Shown: positions 48,171 to 58,307 of the stretch, piece after piece | Position numbering within the stretch: the stretch's first letter is position 1 | Layout of the letters: each line of letters begins with the position of its first letter | Assembly (NCBI GenBank): GCA_021789935.1 | Contig: JAJYIR010000012.1 | Span: 2,219 to 66,218 of the forward strand | From: Nitrospirota bacterium | GTDB lineage: Bacteria > Nitrospirota > Thermodesulfovibrionia > Thermodesulfovibrionales > JdFR-88 | Direction: 5' to 3' | Length of the DNA: 64,000 nucleotides | Made by a program: the position numbers and the translations under genes | Notes under the pieces: generated by a model | Databases searched by the model: none | Seen by the model: the letters and a program-made list of their open reading frames with translations, nothing else | What the model was told of the DNA's origin: nothing

Positions 48171-48534
48171 ATGTGTCTTGTCTTTTTATAGCGGATTGAT
48201 AATTTTTAATAAAAACGCTTCGTTGGCCCTGCGCGCAAATTTGTTTTTCCTTATGAGTTCATTTAAAATAAAAATCAAAAAAAGGCGGTCGCGGGTATAA
48301 AATAAGACCTGTTTTCTCCGCTCTGCGGGCATATGCGGCTGGATCCTTTGTTTTATTGGATTCAGGGCTGTTGAAAGCGGCGTGCTTTCATGAAATAACA
48401 GGATTTTTTAAAGTTGGTGGCCATTCAAAACGGACCGTTTCTAATATGGCCCGCCGGTTTTTTGTGGATTCGTATCTTTTTGTTGCGTCCGGAAGGAAAG
48501 TTCAGCAATTTCTTCTTAGAGGGAGGTTATCAAA

Positions 48535-50034
48535 TTGGGTAAGGGTTTTTCTTTTCCGCATCCTTTTTTTTCCTCGAAGTCCAGCTGGAAGTGGTTCATA
48601 CTGACCACAGTTCTGGTTGGCGCGACGATGTCGGCGCTGGATGTGAGCATCGTGAATGTGGCGATGCCTACGCTCCAGCACAGCTTTAATGTATCGCTGG
48701 CGCTCATAGAGTGGGTTGCGATGGCCTATATGCTGACGCTAACCATATTCCTTCCCCTGTTTGGAAGGCTTGCCGACATGTATGGACGGACAAAGCTCTA
48801 TACAACGGGCTTTGTGGTCTTTACCATAGGCTCGGTCCTTTGCGGGATGTCGCCGACGGCTTCTTTTCTTATTTTTTCCCGTGTGCTGCAGGCGGTGGGC
48901 GCCGGGCTTCTGCAGGCCAACTCGGTGGCAATCATTACCGCTGCGTTTCCCGGCAACGAGCGTGGAAAAGCCATAGGCATTCAGGGCGCGGTCCAGGCGG
49001 TTGCCATGTCCATAGGGCCATTTGTTGGCGGGCTGCTTATCAAGGCGGTAAGCTGGAGGGCCATATTCTATGTAAACCTTCCCATCGGCATAATCGGCGT
49101 TTTAATGGCGCTTCTGATACTGCCCAAAAGCGAAAGCAGCGGCAAAAAGGAGAAGATCGATTTTTTTGGCATACTTACCTTCTCCCCGGGGCTTGCCTGC
49201 ATGGTCCTTGCCCTGAACAAGGGTGAGAAACTGGGCTGGACATCGAACACCATACTGGCGTATTTCGCCCTTGCGGCTGTGTTGCTCACCGCGTTCGTCA
49301 TTACCGAGCTGAAGGTTGAACACCCAATGATAGACCTGAAGCTGTTCAAAAGCTACACCTTCAGCGCGGGAAACATCACCGGCATGCTTTCCTATTATGT
49401 TCTGTTCGCGATACTCTTCCTCATGCCTTTTTACATGGAGGAGGTCCTTCACTACGGGGTCGCCCTGACAGGCAGTCTTCTTACACCCATTCCTCTTGCG
49501 ATGGCGTTCGTGGCGCCGGTTGCGGGCTCTATCTCGGACAAGCACGGCTCCAGGGTAATGACCACCTCCGGGATGCTTGTTTGCGCACTTGCAACGTTCT
49601 TCCTCATGTTCATGGGCGAGTCCGCCCACCTTACCTGGCTTGTGCTGGATTTGGTCGTCCTCGGCATAGGGATGGGAATGTTCACGCCGCCAAACAACAG
49701 CGCAATAATGGGCGCCGCTCCCAGGGAGAAGCTTGGTCTTGCCGGCGGCATCCTCAACATGACGAGGTCTCTTGGCCTTATTTTCGGTGTGGACATCTCG
49801 GGCCTCATCTTTACCAGTCTTAAGCATAGCTACTATGTTTCCAAGGGCTTCAGTCTGGCCGACACAAAGACCATCCCTGCAGAAGTAAGGAATGATGCCT
49901 TCATGCACGGGTTCATGGTGGTGATGGGCGTGCTCGTGGGAATAAACATAATTGCCGCAATCCTTTCGGTTGCCAAGAAGGATGAAGGTCTCCTGAGCGC
50001 CGAGGAGATGAAGGAGTTTGCTGCCGGGGACTGA
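48535..50034 (+). CDS. MFS transporter, DHA2 (EmrB/QacA-like) family
   Basis: LDVSIVNVAMP, GRLADMYGR, WRAIFYVNLPIG and HPMIDLKLF motifs; about 14 TM. TTG start. Confidence 0.9.
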   Translation: MGKGFSFPHPFFSSKSSWKWFILTTVLVGATMSALDVSIVNVAMPTLQHSFNVSLALIEWVAMAYMLTLTIFLPLFGRLADMYGRTKLYTTGFVVFTIGSVLCGMSPTASFLIFSRVLQAVGAGLLQANSVAIITAAFPGNERGKAIGIQGAVQAVAMSIGPFVGGLLIKAVSWRAIFYVNLPIGIIGVLMALLILPKSESSGKKEKIDFFGILTFSPGLACMVLALNKGEKLGWTSNTILAYFALAAVLLTAFVITELKVEHPMIDLKLFKSYTFSAGNITGMLSYYVLFAILFLMPFYMEEVLHYGVALTGSLLTPIPLAMAFVAPVAGSISDKHGSRVMTTSGMLVCALATFFLMFMGESAHLTWLVLDLVVLGIGMGMFTPPNNSAIMGAAPREKLGLAGGILNMTRSLGLIFGVDISGLIFTSLKHSYYVSKGFSLADTKTIPAEVRNDAFMHGFMVVMGVLVGINIIAAILSVAKKDEGLLSAEEMKEFAAGD

Positions 50035-50061
50035 TGTCTCCTGAACCTTTACATATCTTCA

Positions 50062-50100
50062 AAACGGGCCGGAGAACAGCAGAATCCTCCGGCCCGTTTT
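50062..50100 (+). terminator. Terminator-like hairpin after the MFS gene
   Basis: AAACGGGCCGGAG...CTCCGGCCCGTTTT. Confidence 0.6.
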
Positions 50101-50166
50101 GCATTGACCGGCGCCAGGATTTTCTCCCGGCTTTATTTTCAGATGGTTTTTCTGTAAACTTAGCGT

Positions 50167-51120
50167 ATGATGAATTTTAAAGATCTCCTGGATGAATCCG
50201 TTAAGCTTCACGGGCATCTTTGCGCCGGACAGGTGCTTGGGGTGCGGATGTCCATGGCGGGATTAAGAGAGGCCGGTATTTTCGCCCCCAGGGGGGCCGA
50301 CAGGAAAAACCTTATTGTCTTTGTCGAGATAGACAGGTGCGCGACTGACGCCATACAGTCCGTAACCGGGTGCAGCCTGGGCAAAAGGACTATGAAATTC
50401 GCGGACTATGGCAAGATGGCTGCAAGCTTCCTGAACCTGAAAAACGGGAAGGCCGTAAGAGTGCTGGCCAAAGAGGAATCCAGGCAAAGGGCAAAGGAAT
50501 ACTTCCCCGAAATTGAAAATCGTTACGAGGCGCAGCTTGAGGCTTACAAGATAATGCCGGAGCAGGAGCTTTTCGAGATTTCAGAGGTCGTCATAAAGAT
50601 TAAGCCGGAAGACATGCCTGGCCGCCCGACCGGCAGGGTGCCCTGCGCAAGGTGCGGAGAATATGTGCAGGACTCCAGGGAAGTAACGCACGGGGATATT
50701 AATTTGTGCCGGCCGTGCTCAACGGAGGCCGGTTATTACGAGGGTCCTTTTTTTTCATCTAGCGTTATGCACAAATTGCATAACGATTTTGAAATCAAAT
50801 CGAAGCTCTGGATTGAGTCAGGGGGAGGGCCTTTTTTTGGCCGGGGCAAGGTGCTTCTGCTGAAGGCCATAGACAGGCACGGTTCCATAAGCCAGGCGGC
50901 GAAAGAGGTGAACATCCCGTACAGGAAGGCATGGGGCTATATCAAGGCAATGGAAGAAAGACTCGGCATCCCTCTTGTGGAGTGCAAGGCTGGAGGGAAA
51001 AACGGCGGCGGCGCGACCCTGACTCCAGAGATAAGGGATTTCCTTGCCAAGTATGACCGGATTGAAAAAGAGATGCGGCTGAAGACGGATGAAAAGTTCA
51101 GGGAGATATTCGGATTATAA
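50167..51120 (+). CDS. FmdE-family (FwdE-like plus Zn finger) domain fused to a ModE-type winged HTH
   Basis: HGHLCAGQVLGVRM, EIDRCATDAIQ and CARCGE..CRPC; then KSKLWIE..FGRG..LLKAIDRHGSISQAAK..YRKAW..GG..GGGATLT. Confidence 0.85.
   Translation: MMNFKDLLDESVKLHGHLCAGQVLGVRMSMAGLREAGIFAPRGADRKNLIVFVEIDRCATDAIQSVTGCSLGKRTMKFADYGKMAASFLNLKNGKAVRVLAKEESRQRAKEYFPEIENRYEAQLEAYKIMPEQELFEISEVVIKIKPEDMPGRPTGRVPCARCGEYVQDSREVTHGDINLCRPCSTEAGYYEGPFFSSSVMHKLHNDFEIKSKLWIESGGGPFFGRGKVLLLKAIDRHGSISQAAKEVNIPYRKAWGYIKAMEERLGIPLVECKAGGKNGGGATLTPEIRDFLAKYDRIEKEMRLKTDEKFREIFGL
50763..50785. promoter_or_regulatory. ModE-box-like perfect palindrome inside the fmdE-modE ORF
   Basis: CGTTATGCA-CAAAT-TGCATAACG. Confidence 0.65.
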
Positions 51121-51162
51121 TTTTTTTTAGGGAAAAATATGGGGATATGAGGTATTCAATCC

Positions 51163-52257
51163 ATGTGCGATGAGTTTTTTCCCCCGATAGGAAAAGGCGG
51201 CAGCGGGGGTGGAAGCAAAAAGAAAAAGACCGTTCCGGTATCACTGGCAGCCGGAATGGTGCTTGCCCACGATATTACCGAGGTACGTCCGGATTTTAAG
51301 GGGCGGGCGTTCAGGAAGGGGCACATCGTCAAACAAGAGGATATCGCCCACCTGATGAGGCTGGGAAAGGAACACCTTTATGTCCTTGCTCTGGCCCCTG
51401 AGGAGATGCACGAGGACGAAGCGGCGTCAGTGATGGCGGCAGCCGTTATGGGCAAGGGCGTGGAAGCGGGGGAGTGCCGCGAAGGGAAGATCAATGTGTC
51501 CGCCTCTATTGACGGGCTTTTAAAAGTAGACAAAGAGGCGCTGATGGAGTTCAACATGCAAGGCGAAATAATGTGCGCCACCTTGCACGATGGCACCGTT
51601 GTGCGGAAAGGGCAGACGGTAGCGGCCACACGAGCAATACCGCTTGTCGTGGACCGCCGGGCTGTGGAGCTGGCTGCCGGCATTGCACGCGAAAAAGGAG
51701 GCATCGTAAAGGTCCTGCCGGTCAGAAAGCCCAAAACAGGTGTTGTGATTACCGGCGAAGAGGTGTTTTCGGGACGGATAAAGGACGCCTTTGCCCCCGT
51801 CATCAGGGGGAAAATAGAGGCATTGGGCGGGGAAATAATCGGTATCGCCTATGCCCCCGATGATGAAAACTTCATCGCGGCAAGGCTAAGGGAATTCCTG
51901 AATAAGGGGGCGGACCTGCTTATCGCGACAGGTGGAATGTCCGTGGATCCGGACGACGTCACCAGGTTTGCCATAAGGGATTTAGGCGCCCGGGACATCA
52001 CATATGGGGCGGCGGTGCTGCCAGGCTCGATGTTCCTTTCGGCCACCATAGAGAACGCGAAGGGTGCTGTTGTGCCAGTCTTAGGAGTACCTACCTGTGC
52101 CATGTACGGCAAGACAACCATATTGGACCTCATGCTGCCAAGGATACTTGCGGGAGAGGAGATTGGCAGGAGGCAGCTGGCGGAACTTGGGCACGGGGGC
52201 CTGTGTCTCCACTGCAGCGTGTGCCGCTGGCCCGTTTGTCCTTTTGGAAAATTTTGA
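51163..52257 (+). CDS. Molybdopterin-binding protein (MoeA-like/MoCF biosynthesis domain)
   Basis: GMVLAHDIT, TGGMSVDPDD and GAAVLPG motifs; C-terminal CLHCSVCRWPVCPFGK. Confidence 0.8.
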   Translation: MCDEFFPPIGKGGSGGGSKKKKTVPVSLAAGMVLAHDITEVRPDFKGRAFRKGHIVKQEDIAHLMRLGKEHLYVLALAPEEMHEDEAASVMAAAVMGKGVEAGECREGKINVSASIDGLLKVDKEALMEFNMQGEIMCATLHDGTVVRKGQTVAATRAIPLVVDRRAVELAAGIAREKGGIVKVLPVRKPKTGVVITGEEVFSGRIKDAFAPVIRGKIEALGGEIIGIAYAPDDENFIAARLREFLNKGADLLIATGGMSVDPDDVTRFAIRDLGARDITYGAAVLPGSMFLSATIENAKGAVVPVLGVPTCAMYGKTTILDLMLPRILAGEEIGRRQLAELGHGGLCLHCSVCRWPVCPFGKF

Positions 52258-52277
52258 CCTGTTCCCGGAGATCCATC

Positions 52278-53231
52278 ATGGAACTTAGAGACTCTTTTGG
52301 CAGGAAGATAGACTATATAAGACTCTCCGTAACGGACAGGTGCAATCTTCGCTGCATATACTGCAACCCGGGTAACGCTTCGAGGTGTTCTTTAAATCCG
52401 GGCAAGATGCCGAAATTCGAAAAAATAACCCGTTTTTTGCGTGTTGCCAGGAAATACGGGTTAAAAAAGGTAAGGCTCACGGGGGGCGAACCTCTTTTAA
52501 GGAAGGATATAGTCCATCTGGTCCGTGAGATCAAGGCCATTGGTATAGAGGACCTCAGCCTTACCACAAACGGCCTTCTGCTTCCGTTTTTTGCAACGGA
52601 GCTCAAGATGGCGGGGCTGGACAGGGTAAATATAAGCCTTGACTCCCTGAATCCGGACCGCTACGGATCAATAACCGGCGGCGGCAGACTGGGCGATGCT
52701 CTTCGGGCCATCAGGGAGGCCGAAAAGGTCTTTTGGCCGGCCCCGGTCAAGATAAACATGGTCCCTATAAAGGGCGTAAACGGAGACGAAATACGCGGTT
52801 TTGCTCAAATGACCCTGGAGAACCTTTTTCATGTCAGGTTCATAGAGCTTATGCCGGTTGGCGGCAGTGCCTTTGAGGAAATGAGAATCACGTCCGGGGA
52901 AGCCAAGGATGCGATATCCTCCATGGGCGGGCTTCTTCCTCTTGGCCGTTCCGGCTCTTCAGACAACTACGCGCTTCCGGGCGCCAAGGGAGTGATAGGT
53001 TTCATAAGTCCCATGAGCGGCCATTTATGCGATTCCTGCAACAGGCTGCGCATAACGCCGGCGGGCAAAATAAGGCCCTGTCTTTTCTCGGACCATGAGC
53101 AGGACCTGAATACGGCTTCCACCGAAGATGAGATGGAACGGTTATTGCTCATTTCAGTATTGAGCAAAGAGAAAGGGAGTCTTCTTAAGAGGGCTGTACA
53201 GTTCGATACCATGCAACAGGTTGGGGGTTAA
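52278..53231 (+). CDS. moaA: GTP 3',8-cyclase MoaA
   Basis: RLSVTDRCNLRCIYC, TGGEPLLR, CDSCNRLR and C-terminal GG. Start moved to ATG 52278. Confidence 0.93.
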   Translation: MELRDSFGRKIDYIRLSVTDRCNLRCIYCNPGNASRCSLNPGKMPKFEKITRFLRVARKYGLKKVRLTGGEPLLRKDIVHLVREIKAIGIEDLSLTTNGLLLPFFATELKMAGLDRVNISLDSLNPDRYGSITGGGRLGDALRAIREAEKVFWPAPVKINMVPIKGVNGDEIRGFAQMTLENLFHVRFIELMPVGGSAFEEMRITSGEAKDAISSMGGLLPLGRSGSSDNYALPGAKGVIGFISPMSGHLCDSCNRLRITPAGKIRPCLFSDHEQDLNTASTEDEMERLLLISVLSKEKGSLLKRAVQFDTMQQVGG

Positions 53232-53234
53232 GGC

Positions 53235-54059
53235 ATGTTCAGAAAGGGTTTTCCCCAGATTTTTGTTAAAAGGTTTTTGGCCGTTCCAGTGATTTTTTTG
53301 TTGGCCGCCGCCTTTTTTGTAACTTTTTGTCCGCTGGAGGGACACGCCGCCGCTCAAAACAATCAAGATATCACCGTCTCGGCGGCAATAAGTCTTAAAA
53401 ACGCCTTCAACGAGATAGCAAAGATATACGAGGAAAGGAACCCGGGCGTAAAAATACTATTCAACTTCGGGGCTTCGGGCAACCTGATGATGCAGATAGA
53501 GGAGGGCGCGCCGGTGGATGTCTTTGCCTCCGCAGCCGAAAAACAGATGGACGATCTGGCGGGAAAAGGGCTCATAGCGCCAGGCTCCAGGGTGGATTTC
53601 GCCGAAAATACCGTTGTCCTCATCGTTCCATCGGGACAAAAGAGCGCATTTGTCAAAGGCTTCATGGACCTTACGGACCCTCGCATAAAAAGGATCGCCA
53701 TAGGCAACCCCAAGTCCGTGCCCGCCGGAATGTACTCGGAAGAGACTCTCAAATATTTTGGGCTTGGGACTTCCGTAAGTAAAAAAATTATATACGGCGA
53801 GCATGTGAGGCAGGTGCTTGAATACGTTGCAAGGGGAGAGGTGGACGCTGGTCTCGTTTACTCCACGGATGCCAGGATTGAGGCGGGGCAGGTGAGGGTG
53901 GCGGCTGTCGCGCCGCCCGCCAGCCACAAACCGGTCGTGTACCCCATAACGGTCGTCAGAGGGTCGGCAAACGAAAAACTCGCGCGGACTTTCGTGTCTC
54001 TGGTTACATCACCGGAAGGTAAGAAAATCCTCCGGAAATACGGGTTTGAATCGAAATGA
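53235..54059 (+). CDS. modA: Molybdate ABC transporter substrate-binding protein
   Basis: Signal peptide; SAAISL, FGASG.L..QIEEGAP, VPAG and VYSTDA motifs. Confidence 0.92.
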   Translation: MFRKGFPQIFVKRFLAVPVIFLLAAAFFVTFCPLEGHAAAQNNQDITVSAAISLKNAFNEIAKIYEERNPGVKILFNFGASGNLMMQIEEGAPVDVFASAAEKQMDDLAGKGLIAPGSRVDFAENTVVLIVPSGQKSAFVKGFMDLTDPRIKRIAIGNPKSVPAGMYSEETLKYFGLGTSVSKKIIYGEHVRQVLEYVARGEVDAGLVYSTDARIEAGQVRVAAVAPPASHKPVVYPITVVRGSANEKLARTFVSLVTSPEGKKILRKYGFESK

Positions 54060-54134
54060 TTTTTTGTCCCCTTTTATTTTTTCTTTTTTCTTTCTCTTTT
54101 ACGCCTTTGACCGGCTGGGAGACTTGGTGAACCT

Positions 54135-54800
54135 ATGAGCGCTAACGGGATGTTTTCGCTCAGGCTGTCGTTTCAGGTTGCCCTGGTAGTGACATTTTTC
54201 ATACTGCTTGCCGGTGTCCCGGTCTCTTACATTCTGGCGAGGAAAAAATTCCGTGGCAAGGAACTTCTGGACGCGCTTTTTACGCTTCCCCTGGTGCTCC
54301 CGCCGACGGTAACGGGATATTACCTGATAGTCCTTTTGGGCCGGAACGGGTTTTTTGGCCGTCCGCTTTACAACCTCACCGGCTGGACTGCCATGTTCAC
54401 CTGGTGGGCGGCGGCGGCGGCCTCCTTCGTGGTGTCCATACCGCTTATGATAAGGACCTCCAGGGCCGCGATAGAATCCGTGGATGAAAACCTTGTGAAC
54501 GCTTCCTATACACTGGGACATGGAGAGCTCAAGACCGCGCTCAGGGTGGTGCTCCCTCTTGCGAAAAAGGGAATAATGGCCGGGGCAGTGCTTTCCTTCG
54601 CAAGGGCGATAGGCGAGTTCGGCGCAACTCTGATGTTTGCCGGCGACATACCCGGCAAGACGGAGACCATGCCGCTTGCCATCTACAATTACCTTGAAAA
54701 CGGAGAGTGGGACAGGGCGCGGGCCATGGCCATCATACTTACCGTTTTGTCAGTGTCGGTCATATATATCGCCAACAGGTTAAGCAAGAGGATATTTTGA
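54135..54800 (+). CDS. modB: Molybdate ABC transporter permease
   Basis: LPLVLPPTVTGY and FARAIGEFGAT motifs. Confidence 0.93.
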   Translation: MSANGMFSLRLSFQVALVVTFFILLAGVPVSYILARKKFRGKELLDALFTLPLVLPPTVTGYYLIVLLGRNGFFGRPLYNLTGWTAMFTWWAAAAASFVVSIPLMIRTSRAAIESVDENLVNASYTLGHGELKTALRVVLPLAKKGIMAGAVLSFARAIGEFGATLMFAGDIPGKTETMPLAIYNYLENGEWDRARAMAIILTVLSVSVIYIANRLSKRIF

Positions 54801-54802
54801 AA

Positions 54803-55561
54803 ATGGGGCTTTCGGTCAACATCAGGAAGAGGCTCAACGGGTTTTCCATGGACGTCAACTGGCGCATGGAAAACGAGTTTGCGGTATTGTTCGGGCGCTC
54901 CGGAGCCGGAAAGTCACTTACTCTAAGGTCCGTGGCAGGGCTCATCAGGCCGGATGCCGGAACGATAATTTCGTCTGGAGAGGTGCTTTTTGACTATGCG
55001 GCGCGGATAGATATCTCACCGCAAAAAAGGGGGTTCGGTTACGTTTCCCAGGACCCGGCGCTGTTTCCTCATATGACAGTGCGCGGGAATATTGAATATG
55101 GGATAAAGAAAAATAAAAATAAAAAACCTGTCCTCAAGGGAAAAGACAAAGACCCGGAGGAAAGCTTGAATTATATTCTGGATGCCTTCGGGATAAAAAA
55201 ACTCGGGGACAACCGCCCGGACGAGATATCAGGAGGGCAAAAGCAGCGTGTCGCCCTGGCAAGGGCCCTCATCGGCAGGCCCAGGGCCCTTTTGCTCGAT
55301 GAGCCTTTTTCGGCGCTTGATGCCCCGCTGCGCGCTGAGATGGGAAGGCTTCTCGTGGAAATAAGACGGGAGTTTAATATCCCCGTAGTGCTGGTTACGC
55401 ACGATCTTGCAGAGGCCCGCGGACTGGCCGGAAGACTTATCATTTACCATGGAGGGAAGGTCATCCAGGAGGGTTCGCCTGAAGATGTTATCAGAAGCCC
55501 GGCCAGCGAAGATGTTGCCTCGCTGCTGATGCTGCCGGAAAACAGGGCCGTTTTTTATTGA
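54803..55561 (+). CDS. modC: Molybdate ABC transporter ATPase (no C-terminal TOBE domain)
   Basis: GRSGAGKS, ISGGQKQR and LLLDEPF motifs. Start moved to ATG 54803. Confidence 0.88.
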   Translation: MGLSVNIRKRLNGFSMDVNWRMENEFAVLFGRSGAGKSLTLRSVAGLIRPDAGTIISSGEVLFDYAARIDISPQKRGFGYVSQDPALFPHMTVRGNIEYGIKKNKNKKPVLKGKDKDPEESLNYILDAFGIKKLGDNRPDEISGGQKQRVALARALIGRPRALLLDEPFSALDAPLRAEMGRLLVEIRREFNIPVVLVTHDLAEARGLAGRLIIYHGGKVIQEGSPEDVIRSPASEDVASLLMLPENRAVFY

Positions 55562-55601
55562 TCCATCACAATAGAGCAATAGAGCTTAAAAAGAAAGTTA
55601 T

Positions 55602-58307
55602 TTAGAGCTTCTCTATCCTCACGGCGCAGGACTTGTACTCCGGAGTGCCCGTTATGGGGTCCCTGTGCGGCGAAGTGAGCAGGTTTGTGAGAACGTCCTG
55701 GTGATGGAATGCCAAAAAGACGTTTCCCTCCTGGGAGCGTTCGAATACTCTCACCTTTACTTTTATTTCCCCCCGCCTGGAGCTGACCTTCACCATCTCA
55801 CCGTGTTTGATGCCCAGCTTCGCTGCATCGGCCGGGCTAAGCTCCAGCAGCTCTTCAGGGAACATCTCCATGATCCCCTTTGAGCGCCTGGTCATCGATC
55901 CGTTGTTGTAGTGTTCGCGCCTGCGGCCTGTGATGAGCACAAATGGATAATCCGCGTCAGGGACTTCTCCTGATCCCTTGTGCTCAAGCGCGATGAACCT
56001 GGCGCGCCCGCCGGGCCGGGAGAACATTTCCTGGTAAAGAGTGGCTGTCCCCGGATGGTCCTTGGTGGGGCAGGGCCACTGTATGCTGCCCTGATCAAGC
56101 CGCGCATAGCTTATGCCCCCGTAAATGGGAGCCAGCGACGCTATTTCATCCATGATTTCCGAAGGATGGTTGTATTTCATTTGATAGCCCATCCTTGAGG
56201 CTATCTCGCAGAAGACCTCCCATTCGGCCTTGCCGGAGACGGGTTCCACAGCCTTCCTGATTCTCTGCACTCTTCGCTCTCCGTTTGTGAACGTGCCTTC
56301 TTTTTCAGCGAAGCTGGCGCCAGGCAGCACCACATGGGCAAAACGCGTGGTCTCGGTGTGGAAGATGTCCTGCACGACCAGAAACTCCACTGAGGCAAGC
56401 GCCTGGCGTATGTGGGAGATATCCGGGTCCGTATGGGCCGGGTCCTCGCCGAGGATGAAAAGTCCTTTGAAAGTGCCTTTTTTTGCCTCATCGAGCATCT
56501 CTACTGATTTGAGCCCCGGTTTTGAGGGCAGTTTTACTCCCCAGGCTTTTTCGAATTTCTCCCTGACCTTGGGGTCGGTTACCGGTTGGTATCCGGTAAA
56601 AGCGGCCGGTGCAGGCCCCATGTCCGAAGCGCCCTGGACATTGTTTTGCCCCCTGAGCGCCATTATGCCGGTGGCGGGTCTGCCTATATGGCCGCAGACG
56701 AGGGCCAGGTTGGCCACGGCCATGGCGTTTTCCGTGCCGGTCTGGTGCTCGGTCACTCCCAAACCGTAAAGGATCATGGCGTTTTTTGCCCCGGCGTATA
56801 TCCTGGCAGCCTCTACCAGCTTCTCGGGGGAAACGCCGGTCAGTTCGTGAACATGAGCGGGTGTGTATTTCTCCACTGCGTCCTTCAGATCTTCGAACCC
56901 TTCGGTCCTTTTTTCGATGAAATCCCTGTTATAAAGGCCTTCCTTGAGTATTACATGCACAAGTCCGTTCAGAAGGGCGATATTGGAGCCGGGTTTCAGG
57001 TTGAGCCAGACGTCAGCCCATTTGACCAGCTCTATCTTCCTGGGGTCTGCGACGATTATTCGGGCCCCGTTTTTTATCGCCTTGTTCACATGAATGGAGA
57101 TCACCGGATGTCCTTCGGTGGTGTTCGATCCGAAGATCAAAAGCGCATCCGCCTCCGATATCTGGTCGAAGGAATTGCTCGCGGCTCCCGCCCCTAAAGA
57201 TGTGGCCAGACCGGCCACAGTTGGGGCGTGTCAAACCCGGGCGCAGTTATCTACGTTATTGCTGCCCAGGACCGTGCGGACCCATTTGGAGACCAGGTAA
57301 TTTTCCTCGTTGGTGCAGCGCGAAGAGGAAAAGGCCCCCACGGCATCCGGACCATACTTTTCCTTAATCGCTCCAAAGCGGCTTGCTATGAGGTCCAGGG
57401 CCTCATCCCATGTGGCTTCGCGGAATTTCCCGCCTTCTTTTATAAGAGGGGTTTTTATCCGGTCCTCATGATGTATGAACTCATAGCCGAAGCGCCCTTT
57501 TATGCACAGGTTCCCTTTGTTGACGGGAGAATCGTAGTCAGAGGTGACCTTCGTCACCTTGCCATGCTTTACATTCAGGAAGAAGGAACAACCCGTCCCG
57601 CAGTAAGAGCAAGTGGTTTTAACCTTTTTTACGGAAAGGTGCCGGCCCGTTCTGGCGGAGGGCTTTTCCACAAGGGCTCCTGTGGGGCACGTGGAGACGC
57701 ACTGGCCGCAGAAAAGGCAGTTTTCAGGGGATAGGGGTTTGCCGAAAGCGGTGTCCGGTTTCGCGTGAAAGCCTCTGCCGGTCATATCTATGGCTCCCTT
57801 GAGCATCACGTTTTTGCAGATGTTCACGCACCTGCCGCAAAGGATGCATTTGTTCGGGTCGAAAGTTATGAAAGGGTTGTCTTCCCTTTTTGGGAGGTCC
57901 CACCGTTCGCCTTCGTACCTGGCGGGGGCCGCATCATATATAAAGGCTAATTCCTGCAAGGAGCAGTCTCCGGCCTTTTCGCAGCGCAGGCAGTCATTCG
58001 GGTGGTTGGAGAGAATGAGGGAAAGCATCGTCCTTCTAAGTTCAGTGAGGTTCTCGCTTTCCGTCGTGATCTCCATACCGTCTTGTATCGGGGTCGTGCA
58101 GGAAGAAAGCGGCCTGTTTATCCCTTTTACTTCCACCAGGCACAGCCTGCAGCCGCCATAAGGTTCCAGGCGAGGGTCAAAGCAGAGGGTGGGGATGAAT
58201 ATGCCCGCCTCCCTGCAGACCTCAAGGATGGTCTTACCTTCTTCACAATCGATCTGTTTTTGATTTATAAGGATCTTAATCAACTTCCCAGCCTGTTTAC
58301 CATCCAA
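55602..58307 (-). CDS. fdhF: Selenocysteine-containing formate dehydrogenase alpha subunit with N-terminal Fe-S domains (901 aa, one gene read through UGA at 57231-57233)
   Basis: The two same-frame ORFs join as DNCARV-U-HAPTVAGL. Also RGQNNVQG, [2Fe-2S]/[4Fe-4S] Cys motifs and TPEYK; SECIS directly after the UGA. Confidence 0.92.
57189..57228 (-). promoter_or_regulatory. Bacterial SECIS element
   Basis: mRNA after the UGA: CGCCCC-AAC-UGUGGCC-GGUCU-GGCCACA-UCUUUA-GGGGCG, with the same loop region as the E. coli fdhF SECIS. Confidence 0.85.

Noticed and set aside
48171-48534. AT-rich leader before the MFS gene as a riboswitch or small ORF (48356-48604)
   Set aside because: No recognisable aptamer was seen, and the ORF has no motif and overlaps the MFS start.
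54058-54100. Pyrimidine-rich T tract between modA and modB
   Set aside because: There is no preceding stem to make a terminator and no other support for function.
57231-57233. In-frame TGA suggesting an fdh pseudogene or two separate genes
   Set aside because: It falls exactly at the catalytic Cys/Sec position and is followed by a SECIS hairpin, so it was treated as selenocysteine.
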